DNA of 61,811 bases, the filler included, from Choristocarpus tenellus KU-1152 (taxonomy: Eukaryota; Protista; Phaeophyceae): assembly GCA_964200185.2 (NCBI GenBank). It is 7 parts of 7 records of this genome, joined end to end, with 100 filler letters (N's around TTAATTAATTAA, not from the genome) between each part and the next. Parts side by side here need not be neighbours in the genome. Positions count along the whole stretch, not along the records: positions 1 to 3,074 come from CAXNAD020022509.1; positions 3,175 to 9,015 come from CAXNAD020009627.1; positions 9,116 to 14,985 come from CAXNAD020009546.1; 4 more parts are not named here. One strand, written 5' to 3'. The stretch's first letter is position 1, and each line of letters starts with the position of its first letter. A model generated the notes under the pieces. That model was not told the DNA's origin. It saw nothing but the letters and a program-made list of their open reading frames with translations, and ran no database searches. Below, piece after piece: positions 1 through 12,344 of the stretch. The translations under genes and the position numbers were made by a program.

Positions 1-32
1 GGGATGGTGGATGTCGCACACTGGGCCCATAC

Positions 33-1712
33 CTCCCCCCAGTAGCAGCAACAGAGGCAGAGGAAGCTGCAGCCATGACCGCAGCAGCCTCTACCACCTC
101 TGCTGCTGCTGCTGCTGCTGCAGCCCGATTGAGTTCATGGAGCTTCCTGGCCTTTACCCTTTCCACCTCTGCTTGTTGGAGGACAGTGATCATCATGTTG
201 ATCAGGGAGTAGCTGCTTAGTCCTCCTGACCATGGCTGATTGAGCCCGCGCTGGCAGAGTACCTGGGTAGATGCAGAAAAGGGGGTGTAGGTAGATTGGA
301 GGGAAAGTGAACAGATTCGTAATCGATTTCTGAAGGGGTGAGTGCTTGGGTAGGTGGTAACCTGCATCGATTTTTTTTTTTCCATTTGGGCATTCAGTGA
401 GGTATCAATTGTCCATGCACTATAGACAAAATACACCCAAGTGCAACAGAGCAGCACAGATAGTACGGCACAGAGGAGAAGGCATAGGGTTTTCTGTGTG
501 TTGATGACACAAATATGGCTACGGCACTCACTCATGCTAAAAACAAACAGAATCATCTCTCGAGGACACAGAAAAAATACAGTTCTGGAAAGAGGATGTA
601 ACTACGAATACCATAGCAAACCAAAAATGGATATGCACCTCTTGCTTACCCCACTTTTTACACACACACACACATACACTATCATCCCCTTCCCCCCCCT
701 TCACCTCTTTCAGGACCAATACTGCAGGCAGAGCGAAGGCATACTTTCCACCTTGGATGCAATCCCGCACCCACTTTGAAGAGGCAAGTCCCCTGCAGCA
801 TATCGAACAGGGAAACATCACACAGAATACGGAGGCATCTCCAAACAGGAAGGCTGCCCATGCTTGCACTCAAGTACATCACAGTAGTCAAGCTGTTCGG
901 CACTGCAAGCCTACTCAAAAAGGAACATTTGAAACAGCCCTTTTATCGATGCTCAAGTGATCACAGCAGGAAAGACATGTATCAAACAAGCTCACACAAT
1001 GCCACAGCTGTGCCTCTCCAAGCCACTTCAGGAGCATGAGAGGCGATACCCAAAGCATCACAATTTTTCAACTGATTTCTACTCCCTATCACATCGCTAT
1101 CACTGTTAATACTTTACTCTTGACAATACTCAAAGCATCACAAATTTTAAAGTAATTTGTACTTACAATCAAATCACAGTTACTATCAATGTTTACCATT
1201 GGTTGCACAAAACCTTCACAGCAAAAATGGTGTTCCTAACCTTCACAAGGACATGGAGCAAACAGAAACATGTCAAACTTTCATGCCCACAGAGGAAAAT
1301 CCATCATGGAACCTTCTGATTTGAAGTTTGCTGGAGACATGACAACATGCAGTCCTCAAAGAAAAGCTTTCTTGCCATGCACAAATACCAACTGCAAAAA
1401 AGCTCCCGAGAGAAAGTGATATCAATCTACTTCATTTTTTTTTTCTCCTACACAACCTATTCTAATCTGTATTACAAGGAAAATGAGTCTCTACTTCTGA
1501 ACAAAAAGGTGCTACCACCCTCCACCCCATGCTTCTCACCCATGCTGAGGGCTTTCGAAGGAGATGTCCAGCGGGATGTAGTCGAGTCCACTTCCAGCAC
1601 CCTGCCAGTTGTCTGCACCACCTCCCTCATCAAACTGAAAGTGACCAGAGGATCCATTGGGGAGAGGGTCTGCAAGGATCTTGATGACTGGTACAGCTGC
1701 CGTTTCAATCAC
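33..1712 (-). CDS. TRF4/PAPD5 (TENT4)-like non-canonical poly(A) polymerase / nucleotidyltransferase, three internal exons (partial)
   Basis: Exons 1712-1540, 792-705 and 262-33 have AG/GT ends and splice in phase. They give VIETAAVPVIKIL...PLDISFESPQHG|GLASSKWVRDCIQGGKYAFALPAVLVLKE|VLCQRGLNQPWSGGLSSYSLINMMITVLQ. This matches the Trf4/Cid1-family motifs AxVPIIK...DISF...G...LVLVLK...LxQRxLN...GGLSSYSL. Confidence 0.85.
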
Positions 1713-2054
1713 CTTCAACACACACACATACACACACACACACACACACACAGTTTTGATCAACATGCAATTGTGGGCAGAGGAGGGAGGAGGAACCAGC
1801 AGTTTCTCTCCATGTGTATTCCAGGGTATACCTTGTACTCCATGGCACACCATTTCTTATCACTACACCATACTACACTGCACTACACTACTCATAAAAT
1901 TCTCCTTGGGTGAGGCAGGTAAGGGGTGCTTCCATACACAATCTTCTTAAGTGGATACCATACCCATGAAAAAAAGGTTTGTATTGCAGGGTGCATGTGG
2001 CACAGTGGTTGGTCATCATCATGCTGCACCAGAACATCTGAGAACGAAATATAT

Positions 2055-2099
<45 letters not shown>

Positions 2100-2666
2100 C
2101 TTTTTTTTGCATCAAGTACAAAAGCACACACCATTGTCCACCTCCAAATAAATAGTTGCCACTTCATTTGAAAAAAATCTAGTAGTAACTATAGGGTGCA
2201 GAGAGACACAAAGTGTCACACGGCACATCCACATCACAAAAATTAGAGTTGGTAAGGTATAACCAATGACCACATTTTTTTTTTAACATCAACACCCCCC
2301 TCCCCCCACATTCAGCTCTTAGTAGTGGCTGACAAAATATCTTACTTCTCTTGAAAGCAGACTGCCTGCTGCTTACTGTGGCCCTCATTTACATAGCTAG
2401 ATCACCTGTGTGATCTACATTTCATGTGTTCTCAACCAGAAGGCATTGGGCCTGAACAGCAAGGGAGGGGGGAAAAGACCAAGGAAAAAAAATTCCATCA
2501 AAAAATAAAAGGAACACAAAATATAGTGCTCACCAATCCTCTCTACCGCCTCCCATATATATAGGAACACCATAAATGCCATTTTAATCTCACTAGACAC
2601 GCAATCAGCAACTATGAGGTAGGGCTCATCACACAAACAATAGTATAAGAATGAGAGGATACACCC

Positions 2667-2836
2667 TACTCAACTTTGACCAAACCAACACAAAACCATA
2701 CGCGCTACAACACACAATTATGGTCATACCCAATTTTGACCAAACCAACACAAAACCTCACACACTACAACACAAATTTATGGTTATACTCAACTTTGAC
2801 CAAACCAACACAGAACCACACAAACTACAACACACA
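2667..2836. repeat. Tandem minisatellite, 60-bp unit x ~2.8
   Basis: CAA(C/T)TTTGACCAAACCAACACA(A/G)AACC...CTACAACAC recurs at exactly 60-nt spacing (2671, 2731, 2791). Confidence 0.9.
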
Positions 2837-3074
2837 ACAATCGCCCAGTACACTCAGATTTGATCTCAGACAACACGGAGGTGATCACGTGCTTGTCGTC
2901 ACCGCAAACTGCATCATGTCCCTCCAATCAAAACAAAACAGAATACGTACAGTGCAGAACCTCAAAAGTATTACATAAAGAAAACAATATATACGACCCC
3001 CTCTCCCCCCCTCCCCCCCAGAGACAGCTAACTGTGAATAAACAATTCCTCTCGCACAAGGTATAGACTATACT

Positions 3075-3174
3075 NNNNNNNNNNNNNNNNNNNNNNNNNN
3101 NNNNNNNNNNNNNNNNNNTTAATTAATTAANNNNNNNNNNNNNNNNNNNNNNNNNNNNNNNNNNNNNNNNNNNN
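3075..3174. other. Artificial contig-joining spacer (44N-TTAATTAATTAA-44N)
   Basis: An identical 100-nt linker with stops in all six frames also occurs at 9016-9115, 14986-15085, 20056-20155, 44336-44435 and 52196-52295. Confidence 0.97.
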
Positions 3175-3298
3175 TCTTTACATCTGGCCTTACCCCCCCC
3201 CTCCCCTCCCCTCCCACCAACCCAGTACCCCTTAGAGTTCCATAATAAAAAATATACATTTTACTTCATCCACACATTTTTTTTTTTGATGCAACTAC

Positions 3299-5766
3299 CT
3301 GGAAGTAGGCTCCGAGGAAGGCGAGGGTCCACCCCAACGCCTCATCAATGAAGGTATCCTCATGATTGACCTTCATAGACTGCCAGTCCCCCATTAATGG
3401 ACAGTTCATTCACACATAATACGGGAAAGGAGGGAGAGAGATTAGGCAAAAGAGGGTGGAATGGTGAAGGAAAGCGGCAGTCTGGGGGTACAAATTTAGG
3501 GCATGATATACACTAAAAAAAGTAGCATACGTAGGGTTGGGGTGAGAATGTAAACTTCTTGGTATCAGCATCATTTCACAGAGTTGAGAGTCCCAAGCAC
3601 CTCCTGAGTAAAAAAAAAATAGCCTCAAAAACTTGTTTGTGTTTCAATTCAATCAAAGAAGCCTGCATGGCATGCACAAGGCCGGGCGTGCTAGGCACCC
3701 AACACCAAGATGGACACATACACACAACTCCCCCCCCTCCAACTAGTCACTGAGTGCATACACACAATACAACACCCCAACAACTCCACGAAGTAGTTGA
3801 GGGAGAGGGGCGACCCTTATGTAACAGATTGTTTTGGTTGTCATATTTTGGTTCACAATGATTAGGAACATAAATGATGCCCTTGTCCTGAAAGTACATG
3901 TGGGGAAAAAAATGCAGTCAATCGTTTCCACCTACTCTATACCCCTAACCCCATCCCACCTACAACATCAACTCCAATACATGTATAGGAGGTCAGTAAC
4001 ACACCTATGGTACTGTGGTGCCTAAGACCATCAGAGTCATGCACACAGTTTGGAATTGACTAAATATTTCAACTACAGGTGTGAGCTCATCTGAAAAATA
4101 TATGTTACAAAATGGACATAATCCTCCCCCCCCCCACCCTGCCATCTCCTTCCAACATAGAGCAGTAAGGCTTGAATTACCTACCCCATCTCTAACAAGT
4201 ATCAAACGTAAAGAACCCTTCATCGAACCAGAAAGATGTTAATGGTCCAGTCTGCAGACCAACCAACTGGTTCCCGATAATTTCTGAAAGTTCTGGTTCA
4301 AGGCAATCAACTATTCACACCATCTGGTCCGCAAACTGAACCGACCCAGGTCCAATTTTTTTTCTACAGGTATATATATATATTCATAGTGTGGAAAATC
4401 ATTGACAACTTCTACATCAGTATCAGTCTCGGTTCTGAATAGTTTTAACAGCATTGGTACAGACCAGGTCCGGTTGATCAAGTCAGTCCAATCAAAAGTC
4501 CACATAATTTCATACTTACAACACAAACCATCAGTACCAAGAGGCTCGAAAAAAAAAAAGAGGTTCACATGAACATGAGACATATTTTGGCATCAAAGTA
4601 CTCCACACTCGTTTTTCGAATTTCCTTTCATTTTTTGCACCAACAGCTAGAAAAAAAGGTACGTTCAAAAATGAACTCATGACCAGGCAGGCCGGTTCCA
4701 CGTAAAAGTTCCAACTGGACCAGTCCCCAGAACCAGACCTTTTCCTAGAACCGGGTCAGTCCCTAGAACCGTACCAGCTCCCAGCAATCTCAGGAACCAA
4801 GGTCCACTCAGTTAGAACCTGAACAACCAACACACTGAAAGAACCTGCGAAGTAAGCAGTATCGGCAAGCTATATATACCCCTTACCGTCCTCTCAGACA
4901 GGAAGCTAAGCAGGTACCGGGCAAACATGAGGCCTCCCTTGATAGCAGACTGCAGGGTGGAGATAACTCGTTGTATCCACCACGCGATAGTCATGGCCAC
5001 CAGCTTGCACGTGTAGTTGATCAAGGGGGCAATCCACTAACGCACGTACAACGCACAATAGTAATAAGAATAAGAATAAAAAATATATATAATACATACG
5101 TGTCTATTAATAAAAATTAATGGAAAATACAACACAAAAATAAAAGGGACTGTGTACATTCGATAGTGTACCGTGGTTATAGTACGAAATAGAGTTCTGT
5201 TGAGAAAAAATAAAATAATTAAAAAAATAATGCAAAATAAAACAAATGAAATGGACTATATGTACATTCAACAGTACCGTGGTTAAGTACGTAATAGAGC
5301 TGTGTCGAGAAGAATATGTATTTATTAAAAAATAATGGAAAAATAGTGCACCGTATGTATTTCCATGGTACCATGGTTAGTACGTAATAGAGCTATGTCA
5401 AGGGAAAAACATTAGAAGTGGTGCTAGGAGTAGTGATCAAAACTACTGGTGAAGAATACAATTCCTACTGTAAATAGTACTTGAAGCGTAGATTTTGTGT
5501 CATGGGAAAGTATACTCCAGAACAACATACATATATATATATATATATTTTATTATTATTATTGTTTTGCACCACGTCGGTTTCGGGGATGATCCCAAAC
5601 TGTGGTCAGAGACACTGCACACTGTAGTACTTCTTATGATAACTACTACTACTCTTGCACCACTGTCTGAACTAGCACGCATGATAGATGGAGATCCCTA
5701 ACCCTAACCTGAAGATACCACAAATTGCTTCGAAATGATTTGCAGTCCCACAGGATTATGACCAAG

Positions 5767-5814
<48 letters not shown>

Positions 5815-6505
5815 GAGGGGGCATTCCAACTTAAGGAGGACAAATGCAATATCTAGACTAGAGAGAGGAGGCTCAGCGGAGGGAAGGGTTAGGGTTAGGG
5901 ATACGGGACGATGTGGAAAAGCAGAGGGAGTGGAGGGGTGCAAGATTCTTATCATTGTAAGTGGGACAACGCTTAACCTTGGGATAGTAGTGTTGTACTT
6001 GTTGCTTGTATCATACTGTGCTTTGAGGGGTCACTATACATCAAGTCCCGCAAGCAAAACAAAAAAAACATATTTTTTCAAACCTCTTTTAAAATGTGCA
6101 TATGTAGCTGGCAACACTCTTGCCGATAACAATCTACAAAAAAAAAGATGAAAAAGTCACAAAAAGTTATTAATATATGTATCTATAGATGTAACACAGC
6201 CTTCAGAGAGGAACAAAAAAAAAATGAGACAAGACAATGGCATCTACAGGATGAGAGTGCAAACAGTTATTCCAAAGACCACACACATCAACACACACAA
6301 AGTCACCCCCTCGCTTGTACAGCAAGCGTACCAAAACGCCTGCCTACAATCTGCAAACCTGGTGGTACTCCTTGGGAATGACGAAGGCCAGACCTGGCCC
6401 CAAGAACCTGGCTGCAATAGGCCTCATGTTATTACCGATGCTCACTGCAAGGGCGACGGTCCTAGCAAAACGGAATTTTAGAACCACTATGATACCCATG
6501 TAGCC
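3299..6505 (-). CDS. Uncharacterised multi-pass membrane protein, three internal exons (partial)
   Basis: Phase-0 exons 6505-6359 (GYMGIIVVLKFRFARTVALAVSIGNNMRPIAARFLGPGLAFVIPKEYHQ), 5036-4887 (WIAPLINYTCKLVAMTIAWWIQRVISTLQSAIKGGLMFARYLLSFLSERT) and 3379-3299 (SMKVNHEDTFIDEALGWTLAFLGAYFQ). All are AG/GT bounded and multiples of 3. They resemble a conserved protist hypothetical family (recalled, not searched). Confidence 0.75.
4229..4825. repeat. Degenerate DNA-transposon-like remnant rich in GGTCC/AACC/GACC subterminal-type motifs
   Basis: Dense scattered GACCAG/AACCG/GGTCC motifs, with a possible inverted end pair GATGTTAAT (4235) / TTAACAGCAT (4445). A similar motif cluster lies at 54705-54800. 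Confidence 0.3.
5145..5400. repeat. Degenerate tandem repeat, ~95-120-bp spacing x 3
   Basis: GTACC(G/A)TGGTTA..GTACG(A/T)AATAGAG recurs at ~5168, ~5274 and ~5368. Confidence 0.65.
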
Positions 6506-8003
6506 CTTTGTTGTGGGGGCCGGGTTCGGGCAGGAGGAGGTGAGGAGGTTGTCGCAAGAGATAAATCAGCTTTCGTTCAATAGGTAATAGGTAATAGGTA
6601 ATCGATAATTTACAACTCTAATAATGATATATTTATAGTACTAGTAGAGGTAACAATAATAACAACAAAAAAGGCAATGATAGTAAAAATAAAATAATAA
6701 TAGCAATAGTAAGAACAAGATTGGATAATAATAATCGTAGTGGTAGTTAGAAAGAAAGATAATAATAATAATAGTAGTAGTAGTAGAACAAAAATAGATA
6801 ATGATATGTTTGTTCAAGGTATGTGGCTTTTGCACGTCCATGTTCAAATGATCCAGAGGGGAGAGGCCAACAGAGAGGAGAGGAGGTCCAAGGCACTCAC
6901 AAGGATCGCAATCAAGAGACCTTCAAACAACTTATGTTCAAATAACTGCAATCAAGAGACCTATCACAGTTGAGTCGGTACATGAGACAAAAAAAAAGAC
7001 AGTATAATACATTTATATTTTAAAATAGAGTTTCTCGTGGACAGCCCTGTGCATGTATCACAACAGCGAGGGAGGGGACATGCAGGGGGGATGTCATTTG
7101 AGAGTATGAGTGGTACTGACATGGAAGTTACTAATAGTTACCTGTTATGTAATAGTACTGTATCATTTCATTATCATACCAGTACTGTATACCAGTACTG
7201 GTAATAGTATCGTACTATTACAGTATTGTGTTATTGCACCAGGGACAAAGACCTACCGGAGGAGGGATGTAGTGCACAAGAAGACAAGGGGATCGTGAAG
7301 ATGAGGTTAAAAATAAATAAAGCAACTACAGAATTGTGCCTGAGAGAGGACCCCCCTCCCCCCCCAAAAAATCTACTAAATGCAGTAAGTAGCAACAACC
7401 ATGATCCAACTCCGTAGAGTATTTAACACATCCATTGCACTGTTGAAAATCACGCCTGCCAAGTCTTGAGGTAATGCGGTAGACCCCTGTTGATACAAAG
7501 GAGATCATCGAACTTACATACAACAGCACAGGCTCATCCCCCACTCAGAGGTACACACGAAGCAGAAAAAAAACAAAAAACAGAAAAACATTGACGCATT
7601 TGTGCAGATGGCAGATAGAGGTATCTCTTCAGACCACACACGGGGCCCCATTCTGACTCTCAACCTTTTTAATCAGGCATCATCATCCAAAAGGGAAGAA
7701 CGACCTTAACCGTACATAGGGGTGTTGGATGTGCTAACCAGCCCTACAAAATGTTGATGATTCAAGTCTTTCGTGTTCGTCATTCCCTTAAAAAGATAAA
7801 TTGATTAATGGGTGATAAAATTTTCGTAAAAAAAATCAAAAATTTATTTCAAAATTTACTTTGTTTTCTAATGGGAGCATTATTGTTTTTAATATTTTTT
7901 AATTCTTCCTTCATGCATTCGGAAGCATATTTTTTGTGTTTTTTTTCAACAACAGCAACAAAAAAGAGGTGAAAATTTGACGTTCTTAAAATGTTTGCTT
8001 CTT

Positions 8004-8328
8004 GAGTAAAGTACAAGTACAGTACAGTACAAGCACAGTACAGTACAGTAAAGTCTAGTATAATTCAAGTAAAGTACAAGTGCAGTAAAATCAAGTATAT
8101 ATATATACATTTAAGTACAAGTACAGTATATTAAAGTACAAGTACAGTACAAGCACAGTACATTTAAGTACAAGTACAGTATAGTACAGTACAAGTAAAG
8201 TACAAGGACAGTACAGTAAAGTACAAGTACAGTATATTAAAGTAAAAGTAAAAGTACAGTACAGTACAAGTAAAGTACAAGCACAGTACATTTAAGTACA
8301 AGTACAGTATAGTAAAGTACAGCAGTAC
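8004..8328. repeat. (AGTAC/AAGTAC)n low-complexity satellite
   Basis: Continuous AGTACA/AAGTAC variants over ~320 bp. Confidence 0.9.
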
Positions 8329-8794
8329 TCATCAACACAAGCATAGGCATCTCAAACTTCCTCCAAAGTGTCAAATCAAGAGCCAGATTAGGAATCAACT
8401 GTGCCATAGCCCCTAGAGAACACACCCCTTGTACACTCATTTCAGCCAACTTCAACAACCAGAAACTTCCCCGCAATACAGAGTAAGTGGGTCTAGTTAA
8501 TGGCCTAGTTAATTCCAATCCATGCAATTATGCATTTGGTATCATATGGCAGACATAAATCACAGCCCTACCGGACCTTGTAGAAGTCAGAGCAACACGA
8601 CCACATTCTCATGACCAACAGTCCAACGGCAGCAGTTCTTTTAAAGTATAGTACTAGCGTAGTACAAGTATGGCAAAAGAATGTCCTATCCTACCAACAG
8701 CCGTCAGAATCACCTATAAATGGTGTCTGCACAGGCTCTACATGGGCTCCCCCTTAGGGTTAAGGCTGACCCCAAAAATACCTACACGACCAAG

Positions 8795-8971
8795 AGCAAG
8801 TCACAACTAAAGGTATCAAGCAACTAACATGAACCGAAAGCAACAACTAAAGGTATCGAGAAACTAACATGAACTGAAAGCAAGTCACAACTAAAGCTAC
8901 CAAGCAACTAACATGAACTGAAAGCAAGTCACAATTAAAGCTATCAAGCAACTAACATGAACTGAAAGCAA
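8795..8971. repeat. Tandem minisatellite, 44-bp unit x 4
   Basis: GCAAGTCACAACTAAAG(G/C)TA(T/C)CAAGCAACTAACATGAAC(T/C)GAAA repeated four times; one unit has a 4-bp deletion. Confidence 0.9.
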
Positions 8972-9559
8972 ACCCGCAGCACAGCACCACATGAATGCAA
9001 CATAGGGGGTGGGGGNNNNNNNNNNNNNNNNNNNNNNNNNNNNNNNNNNNNNNNNNNNNTTAATTAATTAANNNNNNNNNNNNNNNNNNNNNNNNNNNNN
9101 NNNNNNNNNNNNNNNCCTATAGCCCTAACCCTCTTGTAGTGTTCAACCTATGTACAGTGCAATAATAGCCCTCTCACAGTTTTGAACCTTTATACAAGAA
9201 TCCTTCATTTCAGAATTAAAGACCATCGCATTGCACATATAATGGAGGGTAGACTTTATACACCAGAAAAATGAAAAAACATGGCATGAAACACTGTGAG
9301 ATCTGACTAATCAAACTAACACCCTGTTCTACCTGTCCACTTTATTGACCGTCTGTAACACACACACACACCAAACCAAACGAAAATGATTATTTGCAAG
9401 TACCAGACCTCCAAAATACAACTATATTAGTATTAATGTATTAATAGCCACTGACACCATGACATCTCCCCCTCTCCTTCCAAATTTCACTTCCATTCAT
9501 CAACGTACTCCCTCATTGCTAACACCCCTCTATACTCAATAGACAACTCTCAGTACTAC

Positions 9560-10674
9560 CTGTTCTGCAGGCCATGCTTCAGGGTGTCCTTGGCGAGCTC
9601 ATGCTCCAGCACTTGTGCCCTTGCCTGCATCACACTGTGGTATACGCCCTGCTCCTTCAGGTCCTCTAGGGAGGGTCGATTCTCAAGGCCATGCTGAGTT
9701 TTGGTAGAGGTGTTAATTGGGGCAAAAAAATAGTGCTCTTTTTTGGCATCTTATTGAAAGTGAGATACCTGTACAATAAATACAATAAATACAATACATT
9801 TCAATAAAATACAACACAATAAATGCAACACCTTTCTTGTATTACGGATACAATTAAATAAATAAACAAATAATACTACTACTACTACTACTCATACTTA
9901 CTGTCTGTACAATAAATCATAATATGATACTATATACTAAATAATAAAAAATAAACATCTAAGTCCTCTCTATACAATACCCAATTTATAGTCTATGGTC
10001 AGAAGCAGTAAGAGGCCAAGGTAGAGGAGACCTCTCTAGAATACTCTGGGCTACATACAAAAAACACTGCAAAACCTTGAATATCTAACTAATATCAAAG
10101 ACTATCTAACCTCCCTCGGTGTCTCCGGGGAGGTAGCTTCAAGGGGAACTATTCCAAACACCAGATTCCTTGCCTCACCCGCTTCAAATCAGTAACACAT
10201 CAATCCATCCCAGCAATAAACGACCAATCAATTACCCAATCAAATCGTCACACAGAGTGCACAAAAAAATATGTGTTCCTTATATACAAGAAAAGAACGC
10301 CTTCAAAATACATCTCCCCTCAACGTTTTTTCTACATCAACAAACAAACAAAAGATCGTATCTCCTACATTATTATTATTATTGTTATTATTATTATTAT
10401 TACAATCTCAAAAAACAAGAAAAAAAAACAGGCCCAACACGCACCACTTACCTTGAGGTGCTTCCTAACTCAAACCCTGACCCTAACCAGTCAAGTGCCC
10501 CAAACACCTATGAGTACAGTATTCAAACCGATACATTAAGAGACCATGCTTGTAACCAACATTTCAGGCTTATCCTTGTCACCTGTCCTCTTCCACTCCA
10601 GTGATGAAATGCCACTGGTGTCAACAACCCTTCTAAAGGACACAATCATCCTTACGACCAACACAAATTGTAAC

Positions 10675-10705
<31 letters not shown>

Positions 10706-10952
10706 TAACAAAAATAATGTGGCATTGCATGCTCACCTTGACATTCCTCAGTGCAAGCAGACTTTCAGGATCCTTGCCCCCATTGGAGGAGGCCATGGCC
10801 ATAGCCACAACTGGTGTCTGGTGGTGTGGAAGCAATCCTTGCACCTTGAGGTCCTCAAGACTCTCTCGCCTCTCCAACCCCCTCTTAACATTCCTTGAAG
10901 CCAGCATGTGTTCTGCATGAAGCTGCTGAGGGGTCTGGGGGATGAGAATACC
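9560..10952 (-). CDS. RPEL-repeat protein, two internal exons (partial)
   Basis: Exons 10952-10737 (GILIPQ...RNVKRGLERRESLEDLKVQGLLP...LALRNVK) and 9693-9560 (HGLENRPSLEDLKEQGVYHS...KDTLKHGLQNR) splice in phase. The recurring LxxRPSLEDLKxQG(I/L/V) matches the RPEL consensus LxxRPxxxEL..xxIL. Confidence 0.75.
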
Positions 10953-12021
10953 CTGACAGGCCAAGAGGGGAAAAAATATATATAGTAGAACACTAAACCG
11001 AGTCCATGCTGCTAAGAATTTCTGTCCATAAAAGGTTTAAGATTTTTTTTACTACGGCTATTAATTATTTTATCAATTACATTATTAATACAATTTTCAC
11101 TGCTCGTGATCATGTGTGTGTTGTTTGTGAAACGAGTGCACTACTTCAAATAGTAAAAAAAAGAAAATAATGTGGTTAATTTCATAGGCAAACACCCTGC
11201 AGAGACAAAAATTATATTCAATTCAGACACCTGATTCCTGCAAACCCTCCAATCAAAATGCATGGGGCTGCTCAAACGGGCAGGAAGCATTGCTATTTTA
11301 TCAACCTCCAACAAAAAAAAATTGTTAGGGACGGTCCAATCAGAAACAATGAAAAAATTCCGTTTCGAATTTTGCAGATAGGCAGGTAAGGGGGAGGGTT
11401 ACTGCGATGAATGCTCGAGAGGAAGGAGTTGAAAATATTGCAAAGGTGGAGAACGTTTATGAGAAGGTATACCCTTTGTGGGTAAGTGAGTGTTTGAGGT
11501 GGGGGAGGGGTCAGAATAGGTGCAGAGGTTAGGGTAAGGTACATACATACATACATACATACATACATACATACATACATAAATACATTTCACCTCTGAA
11601 CAATTTCAGGCTTATCTGTTGTCATTCACTGGTACAACACTATCATCCAACTGCTATGCCCTCTCTAATCTGATTGTCCCTACTATTGTCCCTACTATTG
11701 TCCCTACTATTGCTATTGGGTACCAATAAAAAAAATAGAGAAGAAGAAAAGTGTGCGGTCTATCTGTATCACATCAACCAGACTACAACCTCAACCAAGA
11801 ACTTGACCATGTTCCACTTCTCCGCCCTATTGCACAGGGGGCTTTTGCCCATTGTGCTCAATACTGCTCTGGCTGGTAACAAGAGATGTTAAGTTACATC
11901 TGATTTGATGTCTCAAGCTCAGCACCAAGGCTCTCCCCAAACCTACTGGAGTCTATATTTCTGATACCTGCAAAGGATGAGTCTATATTTTAAACATCAA
12001 AATAAACCGTTCTTTGTCCCT

Positions 12022-12344
12022 GGTTCAAAGTATCTGGGGGGGGGGGGGGGATTGGCGGGAGCAGGGAGGGGAGGAAGGTCGTACACTGGGGAGGTGCTGC
12101 ACAGGCTGATGAAAAACTTTGCGGAGGCGGGTCGTCTGGGGAGGGCAGCTCTGGTCGTGGATGAGGTGTACCCTGCTCAGGTTTGAAGCAGGCATTTTTT
12201 GGGTGTATGATCTTTTCATTGAAGGGTTGTGTGTTTATTTCGAGGGGTCAGATTTGTCTAGAATTGTTTCTTGTTTGGTTTTTGTTGCAGCCCCCTGCCC
12301 CTGCCCCTGCCCCTGCCCCCCCCCCCCCTAAGATTCTTCAATTG
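12022..12344. mobile_element. MITE-like element with CAAAGTATCT-type termini (longer variant)
   Basis: Left end GGTTCAAAGTATCTG+polyG; degenerate right end polyC+TAAGATTCTTCAA. Confidence 0.45.

Noticed and set aside
1347-1913. Longest ORF in the track (188 aa, + strand)
   Set aside because: It is the antisense shadow of the TRF4-like exon plus microsatellite, with no protein-like motifs.
2667-8971. 60-bp and 44-bp repeat arrays as possible CRISPR-like arrays
   Set aside because: The units are head-to-tail with no unique spacers, there are no cas-like genes, and the context is eukaryotic and probably intronic. They are ordinary minisatellites.
12104-12166. PPR-like peptide LMKNFAEAGRLGRAALVVDE bounded by AG/GT
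   Set aside because: It lies inside a TIR-bounded MITE-like element, is opposite to the nearby RPEL gene and has no partner exons.
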